Shown here one piece after another: positions 1 to 14,448 of a stretch of 64,000 nucleotides of DNA (within the stretch, counting starts at the first letter, position 1; the number at the start of each line of letters is the position of its first letter). Origin of the DNA: Octopus sinensis (taxonomy: Eukaryota). Below the pieces are notes generated by a model. The model was not told where the DNA came from, ran no database searches, and worked only from the letters and a program-made list of their open reading frames with translations. The stretch lies in assembly GCF_006345805.1 (NCBI RefSeq), contig NC_043012.1, positions 51,026,001 through 51,090,000 on the forward strand, in the 5' to 3' direction. A program made the position numbers and the translations under genes.

Positions 1-1631
1 TATGTGTGATGTTGGGGGTTAACAAATGTTTTAAATGTGGGAAACATGTTGCTGAGTCACAAAAAATATCGAGCTGGATATGTTTTTTGTGGGAGAACAT
101 TAAATTATCCAGTCGATGCTGGACTATATTCTACGAGAACTCTCATCTCCTACATACTGAAAATGGGATAAAAATCTACCATAAATCTGGTCTTAAAAAG
201 ACTGAGTATATATAGATAATTGCAATTTGTTGCCCTAGTAGATAAAAATGTGCTCAAAGGCAAAATGTATTGTCAGTCAAATAACAAAACTGAACAAAAC
301 AAAATTCAGACGGAGGAAAAATTAATCCTAGATATCAGTAATCCGTCCAGAAGCCCCGCTTCTAGTAGTTTTAACACGTTTGCACACACTGCCTAACTTA
401 ATGTACTCATATGATATTTCACTGAGAAACGGCATTTGTTTCACAGTAATTATAAAACTATGTAAATCGTCAGATTGACTGGAATGCTTACTTCTTTGCT
501 GCTCAATTAGAAGCAGAGATCATTCCTATTTGCACAATTCCCTCGTACATATATGTATGTACAATCTTGCATACACGCATATCTGTGTGCAGCATGCGTC
601 CTTTTACATCGCTGTACGAGAGAAATATCAGCGAAAACCTCTCGAAACCGATGTTCGGAAATTGAAGGTCCCTTAATGTTAATTATTCTCTTATTATTCT
701 TACCGTTAGACATGCAGTGAACCATAGTTTAGTGCGTAGAAAACCTATATACAAAGGTGTTTTCGTTCAGTATTTGTGAAATGGAATACGGAAAGATTTA
801 AGTAAAAACTACAACCAGTTAAATTATTTTATGTATACACCATTGTGTTGCGTTTATTTTATCATTATTTTATTATCATAATCAAGTTATATTCTTACGT
901 ATCTTAATTATTGTCGGCAGAGTGTAAGTGATCGGATCATAGATGTACGATATAAATAATTTTATTGATAATACTCTATGTTACGCTTATAAAATAAAAC
1001 TGATTACAAATTAGTCTGTAGATTTAATGACTATAATGACTCAACCATGACCCATTATACAATCTCATGGTGAATTTCAAATCATGATATTGCTGGCTTT
1101 ATAGATTTCACCGTAGATAAAAGGAATATTTTGTGATTATCAATTTTCTCTGGTCTAATACAGATAGGTAATTTTTGAATAGAATGTTGAGTTCTAATGT
1201 TACTACTCTCCTAGTAGACTAGAGCTCTGATCCGTGTGCTAATGAACGTTCTCGCGGCTATCACTAATTAGAGTAATGAATGTCGATTGTGAATTGGGCT
1301 ACTGCCATATATTATACTAATAATATGGATAAAGCGACAGAGGAGCTTCCCCCGTACACGTGATTTGATTGATAGTGCCGCCAACTATTCCTCAGCGCTA
1401 GAACATTTATATTTGAAAGTAGGATACGAGGCTCACTGTATCACCGAGAAACCGATTAAATATATATACAGGGCTATATTTCCTTCGTCGGTTGGCTCTA
1501 TTAGAATTAAGGTTTGAATTTCAAGCAGAAATTTGTTTGAAAATTTGGTTGATTTCAGAAGAGAAACCTAATATTAAATATGTATTTCAGACAATATATT
1601 TTAAACCAAGTATACAAAAAGATACCGGTAG

Positions 1632-1633
<2 letters not shown>

Positions 1634-1685
<52 letters not shown>
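1634..1685. repeat. (TA)n microsatellite
   Basis: Direct reading; source of the YIYIYI ORFs. Confidence 0.95.
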
Positions 1686-1752
1686 CATATTTCGTTATCG
1701 TATTTGGTTTGCAAGATTCTTTATGAGAATTTGTGTGGAGCGACTTCTTCAT

Positions 1753-1995
1753 TTAGTGCCTTAATACTTAGCACACTCTCCAGTTCGATTTCCACTCATT
1801 TGCATATTTATTTTTTCTAAAATTTCCGTTTCATCTTGCAACCTCTTCCAATTTCGTTGACTTTGTCTGTTATTGGAACTCTGATAACGGACAGAGGCAA
1901 CGAAGAGGCTGGAAAATGAAACAAAATTTTAGAAAAAATAAATAAGTAAACGAGTGGAAATCGAACCGGAGACTATGTTAGGTAATAATGTACTA
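1753..1995. mobile_element. Foldback/MITE-like long inverted repeat
   Basis: Arms of about 120 bp (e.g. ctccagttcgatttccactc...ttttttctaaaattt vs aaattttagaaaaaa...gagtggaaatcgaaccggag), roughly 80-85% complementary, with a 10-nt loop at 1874-1883. No coding capacity. Confidence 0.65.
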
Positions 1996-2022
1996 ACAGT
2001 GAGTGACTCTCCTTAGACACAT

Positions 2023-2354
<332 letters not shown>

Positions 2355-3671
2355 GAAGGCGAGAGTTATAGACATGACTGTGTTTGTGTTTATTTATGTA
2401 TGTTTACAAACATAAAAAGCGGGAGAAAGAGAAAAAGTGAATAATAATTAAAGGAAAGATGCGGCTATCATACTGGACGGCCTAATTGCCATTTACTGTT
2501 TAGCAAGAAGGTAGAAAATTTTCTTCAAATATATTTATTTTGTACCGTGAGAACTAATTCAAGCAGTTTATTAAATATAATCAACAAATATTTACCTCCT
2601 GTTTCATCTGAAAATATAGTGAAACATTCTTTCGACATTCAGGCACGATACCTTGTATCTGACACAAAGCTCTACTATCGCTTTGTATACTGTCTTTTAT
2701 GGGATGTTTCAAAAAATTACTTCAAGATATCCCTAAATATAAAACCGGAAGTAGTGAAATGTCGAATTCAGTTCTCCACTTTCTATATGTAGTAGTTTTA
2801 TGAAATTCTATCACTTTTTTATAATTTGTATAGAAATATAAGACAATATTGTGGCGGTATATAAGTTTATATAAAAGAAAATGATAAACGAATATAGGAA
2901 AAAAATTATAAAAAAGTAAGTAAAGAAAGAAAAATAATGATGGTGTTGAGTGGGGGACATTTGTTTTTACTTAATATCCACATTGGAGATGTTAGATAAA
3001 CTTGAGTGACAGTTGAAAGTTTCCATCTTCTTATCTGCTTTAATTAACTCTTACATAAATATAAGACAAGTCTTGCGAATAGCAAAAACTAAAAACACTA
3101 GGGAAACAAATAATAATAAAGAAAGAAAAAGATTAGCAAATAATACGGAAATTACTCTCTACTGAAAAGCTAATAGCTATCAACAACAACAACAACAACG
3201 TGAGAAGCGACAACGACAAAGAGGAAAATCATTAATGATCAAGGTAAAAAGAAGGAGAAAGACGATTGTCGTAGTGACACTTTTATTCAATACAAAAATC
3301 TCCCCAACTTTCATTTTAACAATGAGAAAACTTAAGAACGGTAGATTTATTTAATTGATTTGGAATTATCCCAAAATAGAATATGCTGGAAAAAGTGAGG
3401 ATTATCATTGGTCTTATGTAAACACTCCAACTGTCCCTTTCTCTATCCTTTGGCACCACTCCAGAATTATTTCTTCCTATTAACACCTCAAATTTCAAGA
3501 AAAAGAAAATGAGCCGTTTTACTTAAAGGAATACAATGACAGTCGGCAAAAATGTAACGAAAGAAAAAATTTTATAAAAAAAACTGAAATAAAACAGGAA
3601 TCAAATACTATAAAAACATACCAAAACAAATTACTAAAAGCGATAAAATACGACAACCACAATAACAATAA

Positions 3672-3689
3672 AACAACAACAACAACAAC

Positions 3690-3736
<47 letters not shown>

Positions 3737-3748
3737 TAATAATAATAA
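3672..3748. repeat. (AAC)n/(AAT)n compound microsatellite
   Basis: Direct reading; gives the poly-Leu ORF artefact. Confidence 0.95.
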
Positions 3749-4759
3749 AAGTAATAATATTTTAAATATCTTAAATCTATCGATTATCAAAATCAATTAT
3801 AGAGTTTATAATAACGTAGCTTTTAATAGATTTAACCCTACAGCTATGAAGGTTATATTTGGTCAAATGTATTTAATGATTAAATATTAACAGATTAGAT
3901 TTAATGCGTCTTTAACATGCAGCTTAAAGGAGTAGAAACCGCAATGGTCAGTACCATTCGAAAATTTTATCCTTTCAAAAAATAAAGAAAAGTTAAGCAC
4001 CATTTACTTACATATTAGTATAAGGAACATGAGACTGCTAAATAGAAAAAAATTAATCCATCATCGACATTATATTGGTTTCAAATTTTGACACAAGGCC
4101 AGACAATTCGTGTTTAAATATGTGTATGTAACTTAAGGATAAATGCGTGTTGCTTCCGCTAAATTTCCAACCTGCGTCTTACCCCTTACTGTTGTCTGGA
4201 ACCCTGCGATGAAAGTTTCAACTTCTTATATGTGTTCAACCACAAAATCTTCTGGAAATCCTTTATTACAGATAATTGGTTGCAGATAACTGCCCAAAGG
4301 TGTCCCTTGAAAATCTGTTTTGGTTGAGAATTTATATCCACTTGAAACTTCTATTGTGGGTTTTAAATCAACCAAATTCTGTATGTCGATGCATATATAT
4401 GGTTGTCTGCATATATTTATGCTTGTATATGAATAAAGCAATGTATATGTGTGTTCATGAAATTCGGAGCGACTGAAAAACCCAGAAGAAGACATTGGTT
4501 TTTATTCTGTTAGAATGAAACCAAGACTTTTGAATTAGAGTTAAGTACCACTTTTATCAATCCGGTTAAATCATCATAAGCTTCGAACCGTCAAATATAT
4601 ACATATTCATAAAAAAATTGAAAGACAACCCAAGAGCAGAATCATAGATTTGCAATTAAAGTCAAGGCTTAAAATCGAGTAAATTATTTCAATAGCAAAT
4701 CCTGATTAAAATTTAAATGCATTCATCACTCCTTAGAAATGCTAGTTATTATATCCTGC

Positions 4760-5060
4760 ATCACACGTTGACGTGGCCTGCTACAGGTAACATGTACACC
4801 CGTACTTAATCTTGCATGGTCGGGTGGTCAACGATTAAACCGGTTTGAGTAGTTTGTTACTCTTGTGTATAGAGTGTCTGTGCACACTACAGGATTAAAA
4901 CAAGACGAAGGGCTGGTGAGCTCCCTACGAGCGAACGGCCATCTCATTGGAAAAGGCAATGGCAAACGGCCCTTCATATCTCTTCCAACTAAAGACTATA
5001 GGAAAGTCAAGACGAAGTAACGCTATGTCTTCCGATGGGACACCTCGCATTTAACCGGGA
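4760..5060 (+). mobile_element. Degenerate retroelement/SINE-like fragment with RTE/BovB-like motif
   Basis: GC-richer island; gaaaaggcaatggcaaac resembles the GAAGGCAATGGCAAC motif of RTE/Bov-A-type sequences (recalled, not searched). Confidence 0.3.
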
Positions 5061-5204
5061 AGACTTTCCTTGTGTTCGATTCTAATCCATATGAATTCCT
5101 TAAATTATTAAAACGTTACTTTTAATGTATTTTTGAATTACGTATACGTTGTCCTCTTTAATATTTGTTCTATGTTTAATATCCCACCCCCTTAGTTTAG
5201 TGTT

Positions 5205-6050
5205 AAGGAGGGAAAAGGCAGAGTAACATTTCAGAAATAATAAGGGGAGAATTAACCATTTGCTCTACATGGATGATCTGAAGCTTTTTAGTAAGAATGA
5301 AAGGGAGAGACATTCGTTAATATAGACTGTAAATCTCTTCAGTAAAGATACAGGCATGGAATTTGGCATAGACAATTGTGAAATATTGGTTATAGGAAGG
5401 AGATAGGTAGTCAATAGTGAAGGCATCTAATTACCAGATGGCCAGACATTAGATTCATTAAATGGAGGAGAGATATAAGTAACTAGGAGTATCAGTATCT
5501 GACACAGTACTAACTACAGAAATGAAAATGAAAATTGAGGATCAGTACAATGTGCAATTTGGACCAATCTCTTTGATCCCTCTATGCGAATGCGTGTCAT
5601 AAATCTTCAGAATGGGGTAAGGCAGCTAATGAAGTCAAAGATAAATGGCCCGAATCTGATGAAGGCTGTATCATTACATGGATACTCAGCAGATTTTGTA
5701 GATTTAACAAAAACTGAAGTAGGAAAGCTAGACAGAAGAGCTAGGAGAGGATTTCAATATGAATGAAGGATTCCACCCAAGGGCAGGAGCAGCAAGATTA
5801 TACTTAACTGGAAAGAAAGGCGGAACAGGTGTGATATCACAAGAAGACTGCGTGAAGTTAGCTAGAGTAGATATAGACTCATACGTAGGTAATGCTGAAG
5901 AAAGTTTATTAGGATCTGCTAGAGTCACAGTAAGACATGGGGAAGCCTAAATCCCGAACGAAGTTAAAAACCAGAAAAAAGAATAGAAATTATCTGACTG
6001 GCAGGAGAAATTGCTGCAAAATGCCAGGCAACAAAATGGGTTTATAGGTC
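5205..6050 (+). mobile_element. R4/Dong-clade non-LTR retrotransposon RT fragment, pseudogenised
   Basis: Translates as INHLLYMDDLKLF (YMDD 5266-5277)...DTGMEFGIDNC...YK*LG...KSKINGPNLMKAV...RLYLTGKKGGTGVISQEDCV. Multiple stops and frameshifts, and an about 55-nt insertion near 5530-5585. Confidence 0.85.
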
Positions 6051-6734
6051 TAGAATGATAAACTCTCGAAACATGAATATATGTTCCCAAGTACATGTCA
6101 ATATTGTCAGACAATGAAATAAGCTATATAAGTTTCTACATGTATTAAGTTTCAAATTCCTTAAAATTGTCGGTGTTTCCAAGTTTAAAAAGTATCCACC
6201 GAATGACTGCATAAATTATACATAAAATGTATTTTGCAGGTATAACTACAAGAATGAAAACACTGATAGAAAATTTGGTACTTATGTTCTCCATTTTTCC
6301 AATGTCATGTATCTGCACAGAACAAATTATGAATATACATTCATCACGTTAACGATACAAAGTTCTAAATTTTAAAAAAATATATCAGTGGATATATCGT
6401 TATGAAACTCGTAATGGATTAGTTATAAGACACTCTATTAAATAATAAGCTATGTCCTGACTATGTAAGGGAGAGTATTAACTTGTATGAATGTGAATGA
6501 GAACAATTTTTTTGTAACATTATAGCCTGTTGTAAAAGCATAAAGCAATAAAACAGCATTATGCAATATTAACACAATAAATCGACCATTTTGTCAACTC
6601 AAATATTTCTATTAAATAACAATACAGAAAACTATAAAACACGCTGAAATCAGGGATGTCCATTTTTTAAAACAAAACATTTAACAATTGCATTCGTTCA
6701 TGGGTGTTTTCACAATGTATTAAAACTATTCATC

Positions 6735-7080
6735 GTTATTATTATTATTATTATTATTAATATTATTATTACTTTCATTATTATGATTATTGTCGCTGCA
6801 GTTGTTGTTGTTGATGATCTTAGTATGAGTTTCTATTTTTTAGTGTTTCTTTTTTTTATTTCGTTCTTTTGGTGTTGTTATAATTGTTGTTTTTCTTGCC
6901 GCTGTTGTTGTGTATCTTTTCTTTTATTGTTTTCGCATTTTTACTTTTGTTGTGATAGTAACAGAAACAGCAGCAGTTGCGGGAGCAATAGTAGAAGTAA
7001 AAGTAACAGAAGAAGTAGCAGATAACCACCATGGCAGGCGCAGCAGCAGCAGTGGCAGCAGTAGGAGTAGTAGTAACATT
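6735..7080. repeat. Degenerate trinucleotide low-complexity tract (ATT/GTT/CAG)
   Basis: Direct reading. Confidence 0.85.
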
Positions 7081-8023
7081 AAGAACAAGTGCCTTAATCA
7101 CTATTTAATTCTCTGAACTAATCAGAATGTGTGCCAAAATAATATAGGAGACTGGGTTAATCATGTGCAAGGTAGACAAGGGTGACTTTACATGTAATAG
7201 TTATTCTTGGCATTAATCGACAAACTTGCTGGAAGTATCCCAATGGATTTCTAATTATAATGAGAGGCATTAACAAATAAGTATACAAATACATAAAATA
7301 ATAATGCAATGAGAGATATAACGAAATATTGTCTTGTTTGTAAAAGCATTTAAGTATCTAATTAGCTATGGGTTCATGATATTCATTAGAATAACAAATT
7401 AATAATGGAATGCATTTCATTCAAATGATCCTGAAAAGACGTGCTTAAGTACTAAGGCGGTCATGCTTTTCTGTAGAGACGATAAAACTGGTATGTTTTA
7501 AACATATCTATATATAACTTTCATGATCTAGATAAAGAATATTTGAAATACCTAATATACATAGCTCTAGGTAAATGCAAGGATTATTTGCCGGAAACAT
7601 TAGCCAAGGGTTTCTTCTGGGTTTATGAGGTATCTAACTTAGATTATTTGAAGGAGTATCTGGTTTCTTTTATTTTACATGTTAACTCAGTAAGGTTATA
7701 GTTATAGGCGAGAGATCCGACGGTGTTTTGTGGCGTCAGGTCGATTCCCTACGGTATTTTTTCTGGTAAGCTACCTGCATTTGAAGTCTGATTACTCCAG
7801 GGATAATTTTAATTCCATCTTTTGCAGTTGAGAAATAAAGTACCGGTTCTGTCCGAGAAGAGATTCAATTTGTTTTCTATTGTTCAGGCTCTCTCTCTAT
7901 CTATCTATCTTTCTATATCTTCCCTCTTTTATTTTGTTTCTTTGCCTGACTATTTCTCCTGGTCTTCTTAACAGGACTTTTAAATTATGTGAACGTAAAC
8001 AAAATACACAGATTTTCAAGCAG

Positions 8024-8025
<2 letters not shown>

Positions 8026-8085
<60 letters not shown>

Positions 8086-8126
8086 GATATACAGATAAAT
8101 GGATAGATTGATAGATAGATAGATAG

Positions 8127-8209
<83 letters not shown>
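8026..8209. repeat. (TA)n + (GATA)n
   Basis: Direct reading. Confidence 0.95.
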
Positions 8210-9289
8210 CTCTACTCTAATCATGGACTCTACTGTCATACATGGCAAATGTAAGTCCTGCAATAATTTGCTGAACAACTTGCCTTAGACGATTCGTTTA
8301 TTGTGATCGAATGTCTGACCTTTTTCTTAGCTTACCTCCTTCAAATCAGTTTTGCATGTACAAGTGCACAATGTGCAGCACTCAGATATCGGGGTGGTTG
8401 CAAAGTAACTTGAGATGAAACGATTTATTCAAAAAAGCAACGCTTCTGCCCGGTTCGGAATGGAACTTACATCGCAAGATCGAGACCGCAATATCCAAGA
8501 CATATGTACATAAGCATATACATGTATATATACTAGGCATAAAGCACAATCTTACCACTTTTGCATCTGTTGAGTATCTATTAAGCCTTATTTCACAGAA
8601 CGATATTGGAATGATTTTTGAAATTAATGTTGCATTTAGCTGCATCATACTTAGCTCAACAAGAAGCAGGAGTTTTGCATTTTACTTGAATGTGACCAGT
8701 TCACTTGGTAAACAGGTGCTATACACATTTCTTCTATGATCAAACCTTTTATAACGATTGGTTCTTTTTTTTTATTTCTTCAATGTATTGAAAACAAATA
8801 ATGATATAAACGATTATGGCAAAATAAAAAGAAAACTAAATACAAAGTTATCGACAGAAAGGTTGCAGAACAAATGCTTAAAACATTTTTTTTTTAAATA
8901 CTTCACGAAATATATTACAATTACCTTTAAAAAACAAGTGAAAAATATAGGAGCTTTATATGTAACCATAACAAACATCACAAATAAAAAGGTATTACTA
9001 AAGAATAATGGAGAAACATACTTCTATTCTAAGTGGCTCCCCTCCTTTGATGATAGCAGGTGGTAGAAATCTCTTAGATAACAAACGACTTTTAGTAACG
9101 CCATGATGTGCTTTTTCCTTCTTCCATCATTGAAGTGAGACATTCGTAGAAATAAGTTAAAAATAAAATTACGAATAAAGAAATAAATACGTACATTTAT
9201 ATATATATATATACACACATATATATATGTATATATATATATATATGCATATATATACATATATATACATACATATATATATATATATT

Positions 9290-9321
<32 letters not shown>

Positions 9322-9329
9322 CATACATA

Positions 9330-10002
9330 CATACATACATTCATACATAGAACATACATGTGTGTGTTGGTGTGTGTGTGTGAGTAGAGATTTTTTTACT
9401 GTAAACAGTTTCGTCGCATTAGTGATATCAAACCGCTATTTCTATCAACTTCCTAAACACTTCTTATTGTACGCAAAGAAACTGCATACAGCAAGGAAGT
9501 GGATAATGTGCTTTTCGGTATTAAGCCAGGTGTGAAGTATTGCGTTCAATTACAACTTTATGGCTTCAGTATATTTAAAGTTAAGAAGAACTACTAATAT
9601 ATAATTCATAAGTCTTTAAAAAACTCCATAATCTTGGAAAAACATATACACACAGGGAATATATACATACATACCTATATACATACATAATTACATATGT
9701 GTGTGTGTGTGCGTGTATGTGGGTGCGTGTCTGTATGTATGTGTACATATATTTACAAATGGATACATATATGTACACATACATATATGGATTTATAGTT
9801 AGACAGATATTTCGATCTATACATGGATATGAACATAGATTACTACATGGTGTGACTGATAAAGGATGTGCAAATTATAGTTATATGCTTAAAATGTCTG
9901 TGATGTGAATTCTATATGCTATGCATATATATGTATACTTACATACATACATGCATATATACATACATACGTATATATATATATATATATATACACACAC
10001 AT

Positions 10003-10071
<69 letters not shown>

Positions 10072-10739
10072 CATACATACATACATACATTCATACATAG
10101 AACATACAGGTGTGTGTTGGTGTGTGTGTGTGAGTAGAGATTTTTTACTGTAAACAGTTTCGTCGCATTAGTGATATCAAACCGCTATTTCTATCAACTT
10201 CCTAAACACTTCTTATTGTACGCAAGAAACTGCATACAGCAAGGAAGTGGATAATGTGCTTTTCGGTATTAAGCCAGGTGTGAAGTATTGCGTTCAATTA
10301 CAACTTTATGGCTTCAGTATATTTAAAGTTAAGAAGAACTACTAATATATAATTCATAAGTCTTTAAAAAAACTCCATAATCTTGGAAAAACATATACAC
10401 ACAGGGAATATATACATACATACCTATATACATACATAATTACATATGTGTGTGTGTGCGTGTATGTGGGTGCGTGTCTGTATGTATGTGTACATATATT
10501 TACAAATGGATACATATATGTACACATACATATATGGATTTATAGTTAGACAGATATTTCGATCTATACATGGATATGAACATAGATTACTACATGGTGT
10601 GACTGATAAAGGATGTGCAAATTATAGTTATATGCTTAAAATGTCTGTGATGTGAATTCTATATGCTATGCATATATATGTATACTTACATACATACATG
10701 CATATATACATACATACGTATATATATATATATATATAT

Positions 10740-10787
<48 letters not shown>

Positions 10788-10800
10788 TATATATATATAC
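9330..10800 (+). repeat. Near-identical tandem duplication, period about 750 bp
   Basis: tcatacatagaacatac at 9341 and 10091; the bodies differ only by about one substitution and homopolymer/dinucleotide-length indels. Confidence 0.95.
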
Positions 10801-10838
10801 ATACATAGATATAGATATAGATATATATATATATATAT

Positions 10839-10839
<1 letters not shown>

Positions 10840-10927
<88 letters not shown>
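10840..10927. repeat. (GATA)n
   Basis: Direct reading. Confidence 0.95.
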
Positions 10928-10928
<1 letters not shown>

Positions 10929-11406
10929 CTGAGAACATTAACGTAAGTTTGCAATTTGTATGTGTACCACTATGTGTCTATTTATTTATATTTGTAAGTC
11001 AACAGGATACTGAAAGTTATTGCGGATCTCTTGGGCTTTAATATGTTTTCTTGCATATTTCGCTATAGGAAAAGTCATTAATGGGATAAATACAGAAATA
11101 GACTTAGAAAGTCTCGGAGTCAAAAATAGCATTCACGCGCTTCTACATTTCGTAAAGTAATTATCTATACATGTATATCCCCCCACACACATACATCCAC
11201 ACAAACACACAAACATACATGCATATAATGAGGCGATAGGGTTGAATCATACCGGTGGTTACCGTCATAATCCGGGTGAATGCTGATCGTATCAACTTGT
11301 AAGGAGCACCCAGAATAAATTCCACGAATAGGTAAATCCTGGAATTGACTCGTATCATTCTGAATATTTTAGAGATGGAATCTCCAAAGCAAGTTTCATA
11401 GGCTGC

Positions 11407-11489
<83 letters not shown>

Positions 11490-11616
11490 TATTTATCTCT
11501 AATTTAATATAATATATATTTATACTATACAATTAGGTTTAATCCTAAATCTAATTTTTCCCTGTAAGTTTGGATTTACTCCCTAATATTATTATTATAT
11601 ACATATATATATATAA

Positions 11617-11657
<41 letters not shown>

Positions 11658-11714
11658 TATGTATGTATGCATGTATGTATATGTATATTTGTATATATAT
11701 ATACATTTCAATAT

Positions 11715-11846
11715 GTAACCGCGTGTATATCGTTGGCGATATTCTTTCTCCGTCTTCCCTTCGTTGGACATTTCCTTTTTCTATATTTCTGACGAAGAGC
11801 TCCGCTCGAAACGTTAAATCTTCCTTCTTTCTTTTCTTTCCTGAGC

Positions 11847-11850
<4 letters not shown>
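11715..11850 (+). mobile_element. Penelope-type terminal module between (TA)n arrays
   Basis: Ends in cctgagcgtc, homologous to the modules at 21905-21920, 48865-48875 and 56035-56045; contains a hammerhead-like motif. Confidence 0.7.
11785..11819 (+). ncRNA. Minimal (dimer-type) hammerhead ribozyme motif, canonical CUGANGA core
   Basis: AUUU-CUGACGA-A-GAGC(UCC)GCUC-GAAAC-GUU-AAAU: stem I 4 bp, stem II 4 bp, palindromic stem III AACGUU. Confidence 0.65.
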
Positions 11851-11887
<37 letters not shown>

Positions 11888-12269
11888 ATTCTTTATTTCG
11901 TTATGCAATCCTGATGTACTAACATGCTTACTAAAGGGTTATAAATAACTCAAACATTTATCGTACCTGTAGAAGCAGTGTGATTCAATAACTTCTTTAT
12001 GTCAAATCTAGAAATATTCTATATACAATTAGACCCAGCCTTCAAATTTACGACGTTCTATACACGAACACATCTATGTAAACGGTGGGATTTTAGAAAA
12101 ATAGGAAATGCGTGTATATGTATATTTATTTGAGTTTGCTCCTAGTTCTTTCTTATAGCGGTATATAATCAATCTTAAACACATACATATAAATTATAAC
12201 GCTTCCATGGACCCACAAAAGGTTTTACAGAAGTAGCAATGTGATATTCTTTTCAACTTATTCTTTATT

Positions 12270-12578
12270 TTCTATGCACGGCCTTTTCTTTTTACCTCGA
12301 TGTATTCAATGCGGCGTAACTCCGAAAAGCTCTCTCTACGACGATTTCATTTCAATCGAAGGAGCGAGGCTTTCTCCGTCCGGGTTGCGGATCCGTGGAA
12401 TAAGCTGCCTGACGAGATATTGAAGATGCCTACGATCGCTCGTTTCAAAGTCTCTCTTGACCAGAAATGGCCTGAACTCGTTGTATGACCACCCTACCTG
12501 TACATAACTTCCTATAGCCCTACATGGCCTTGCTTTTACTTTTTGAGCCAATAAAAATTGAATTGAATTGAATTGAAT
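12270..12578 (+). mobile_element. CR1-clade LINE 3' end with (ATTGA)n tail
   Basis: RRFHFNRRSEAFSVRVADPWNKLPDEILKMPTIARFKVSLDQKW matches the CR1 ORF2 C-terminal WNxLP...FK..LD motif; tail at 12557-12578. Confidence 0.85.
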
Positions 12579-12719
12579 ACGTGATTTCATCTTTTACAGT
12601 GAGCAGTAATATGATGTGAAAAGATTTAATCACATAACTTGTGTACATATATGTACAACCCCACCCCCCACAGATTCAATGAAAAAAACAGAGAAAAGAA
12701 ACAAACAAATGTAAAGACG

Positions 12720-13215
12720 TAGTAGAAGGAATGTATTAGTATGAACCTCGGTGAAGGAGGAGAGTAGTTGTTTTACGTTTCGAGCATAGCTCTTATTCGG
12801 AAACAGGAGAAGAAATGACAGTGAATATAGGTTTATGTGTCAGTATGTGCGTGTTTACAGGGTTAGGCGTCTATGTACCCGTGTATGTGTGTGTATATGT
12901 ATGTATTTGCGCGCATATCTGTGTGCGCAATAATGCTTGGGTGTAAGAGCGTACCCATGTGTGTGTATTTATGTGTCTCAATATGTGCGTGTGCTGGTCG
13001 GTGTCTGTATGGGTATGGAGCGAGGACTTTGTGCGCTCGAGCATGGTGACACCAAACTATATACGACCGTGCGTGTGTCTATGTATATGGGAGGAAAGGG
13101 ATTTTTGTACCTGTTGGAAGCGTGACTGATGTTTGTGGGTATTTATGCATGTCTATACGTGTGCGCACGTGTGTTGGCGGACAAGTATACTTATGAATGA
13201 GTGAGTATATTTGTG
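12720..13215 (-). mobile_element. Penelope-type 3' remnant with degenerate hammerhead-like motif
   Basis: Minus strand 12805-12769 reads UGUUU-CCGAAUA-A-GAGC(UAU)GCUC-GAAAC-GUA-AAACA; adjoining GT-rich low-complexity region as in the other Penelope remnants. Confidence 0.55.
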
Positions 13216-13527
13216 CGTGGAATAAGCTGCCTGACGAGATATTGAAGATGCCTACAATCGCTCGTTTCAAAGTCTCTCTTGACCAGAAATGGCCTGAACT
13301 CGTTGTATGACCACCCTCCCTGTACATAACTTCCTATAGCCCTACATGACCTTGCTTTTACTTTTTGAGTAAATAAAAATTGAATTGAATTGAATTGAAT
13401 ACGTGATTTCATCTTTTACAGTGAGCAGTAATATGATGTGAAAAGATTTAATCACATAACTTGTGTACATATATGTACAACCCCCCCCACACACACACAC
13501 ACAGATTCAATGAAAAAACAGAGAAAA
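13216..13527 (+). repeat. Direct duplicate of 12394-12697 (CR1 3' end plus about 120 bp of unique flank)
   Basis: cgtggaataagctgcc...cagagaaaa present twice with few substitutions. Confidence 0.95.

Positions 13528-14448
<921 letters not shown>

Noticed and set aside
2596-2607. Minus-strand 12-nt microexon-like signal (similar ones at 704-744, 8336-8410 and 58213-58243)
   Set aside because: Equally good splice-like pairs nearby (e.g. about 2670-2750) are closed in all frames, showing such signals arise by chance here.
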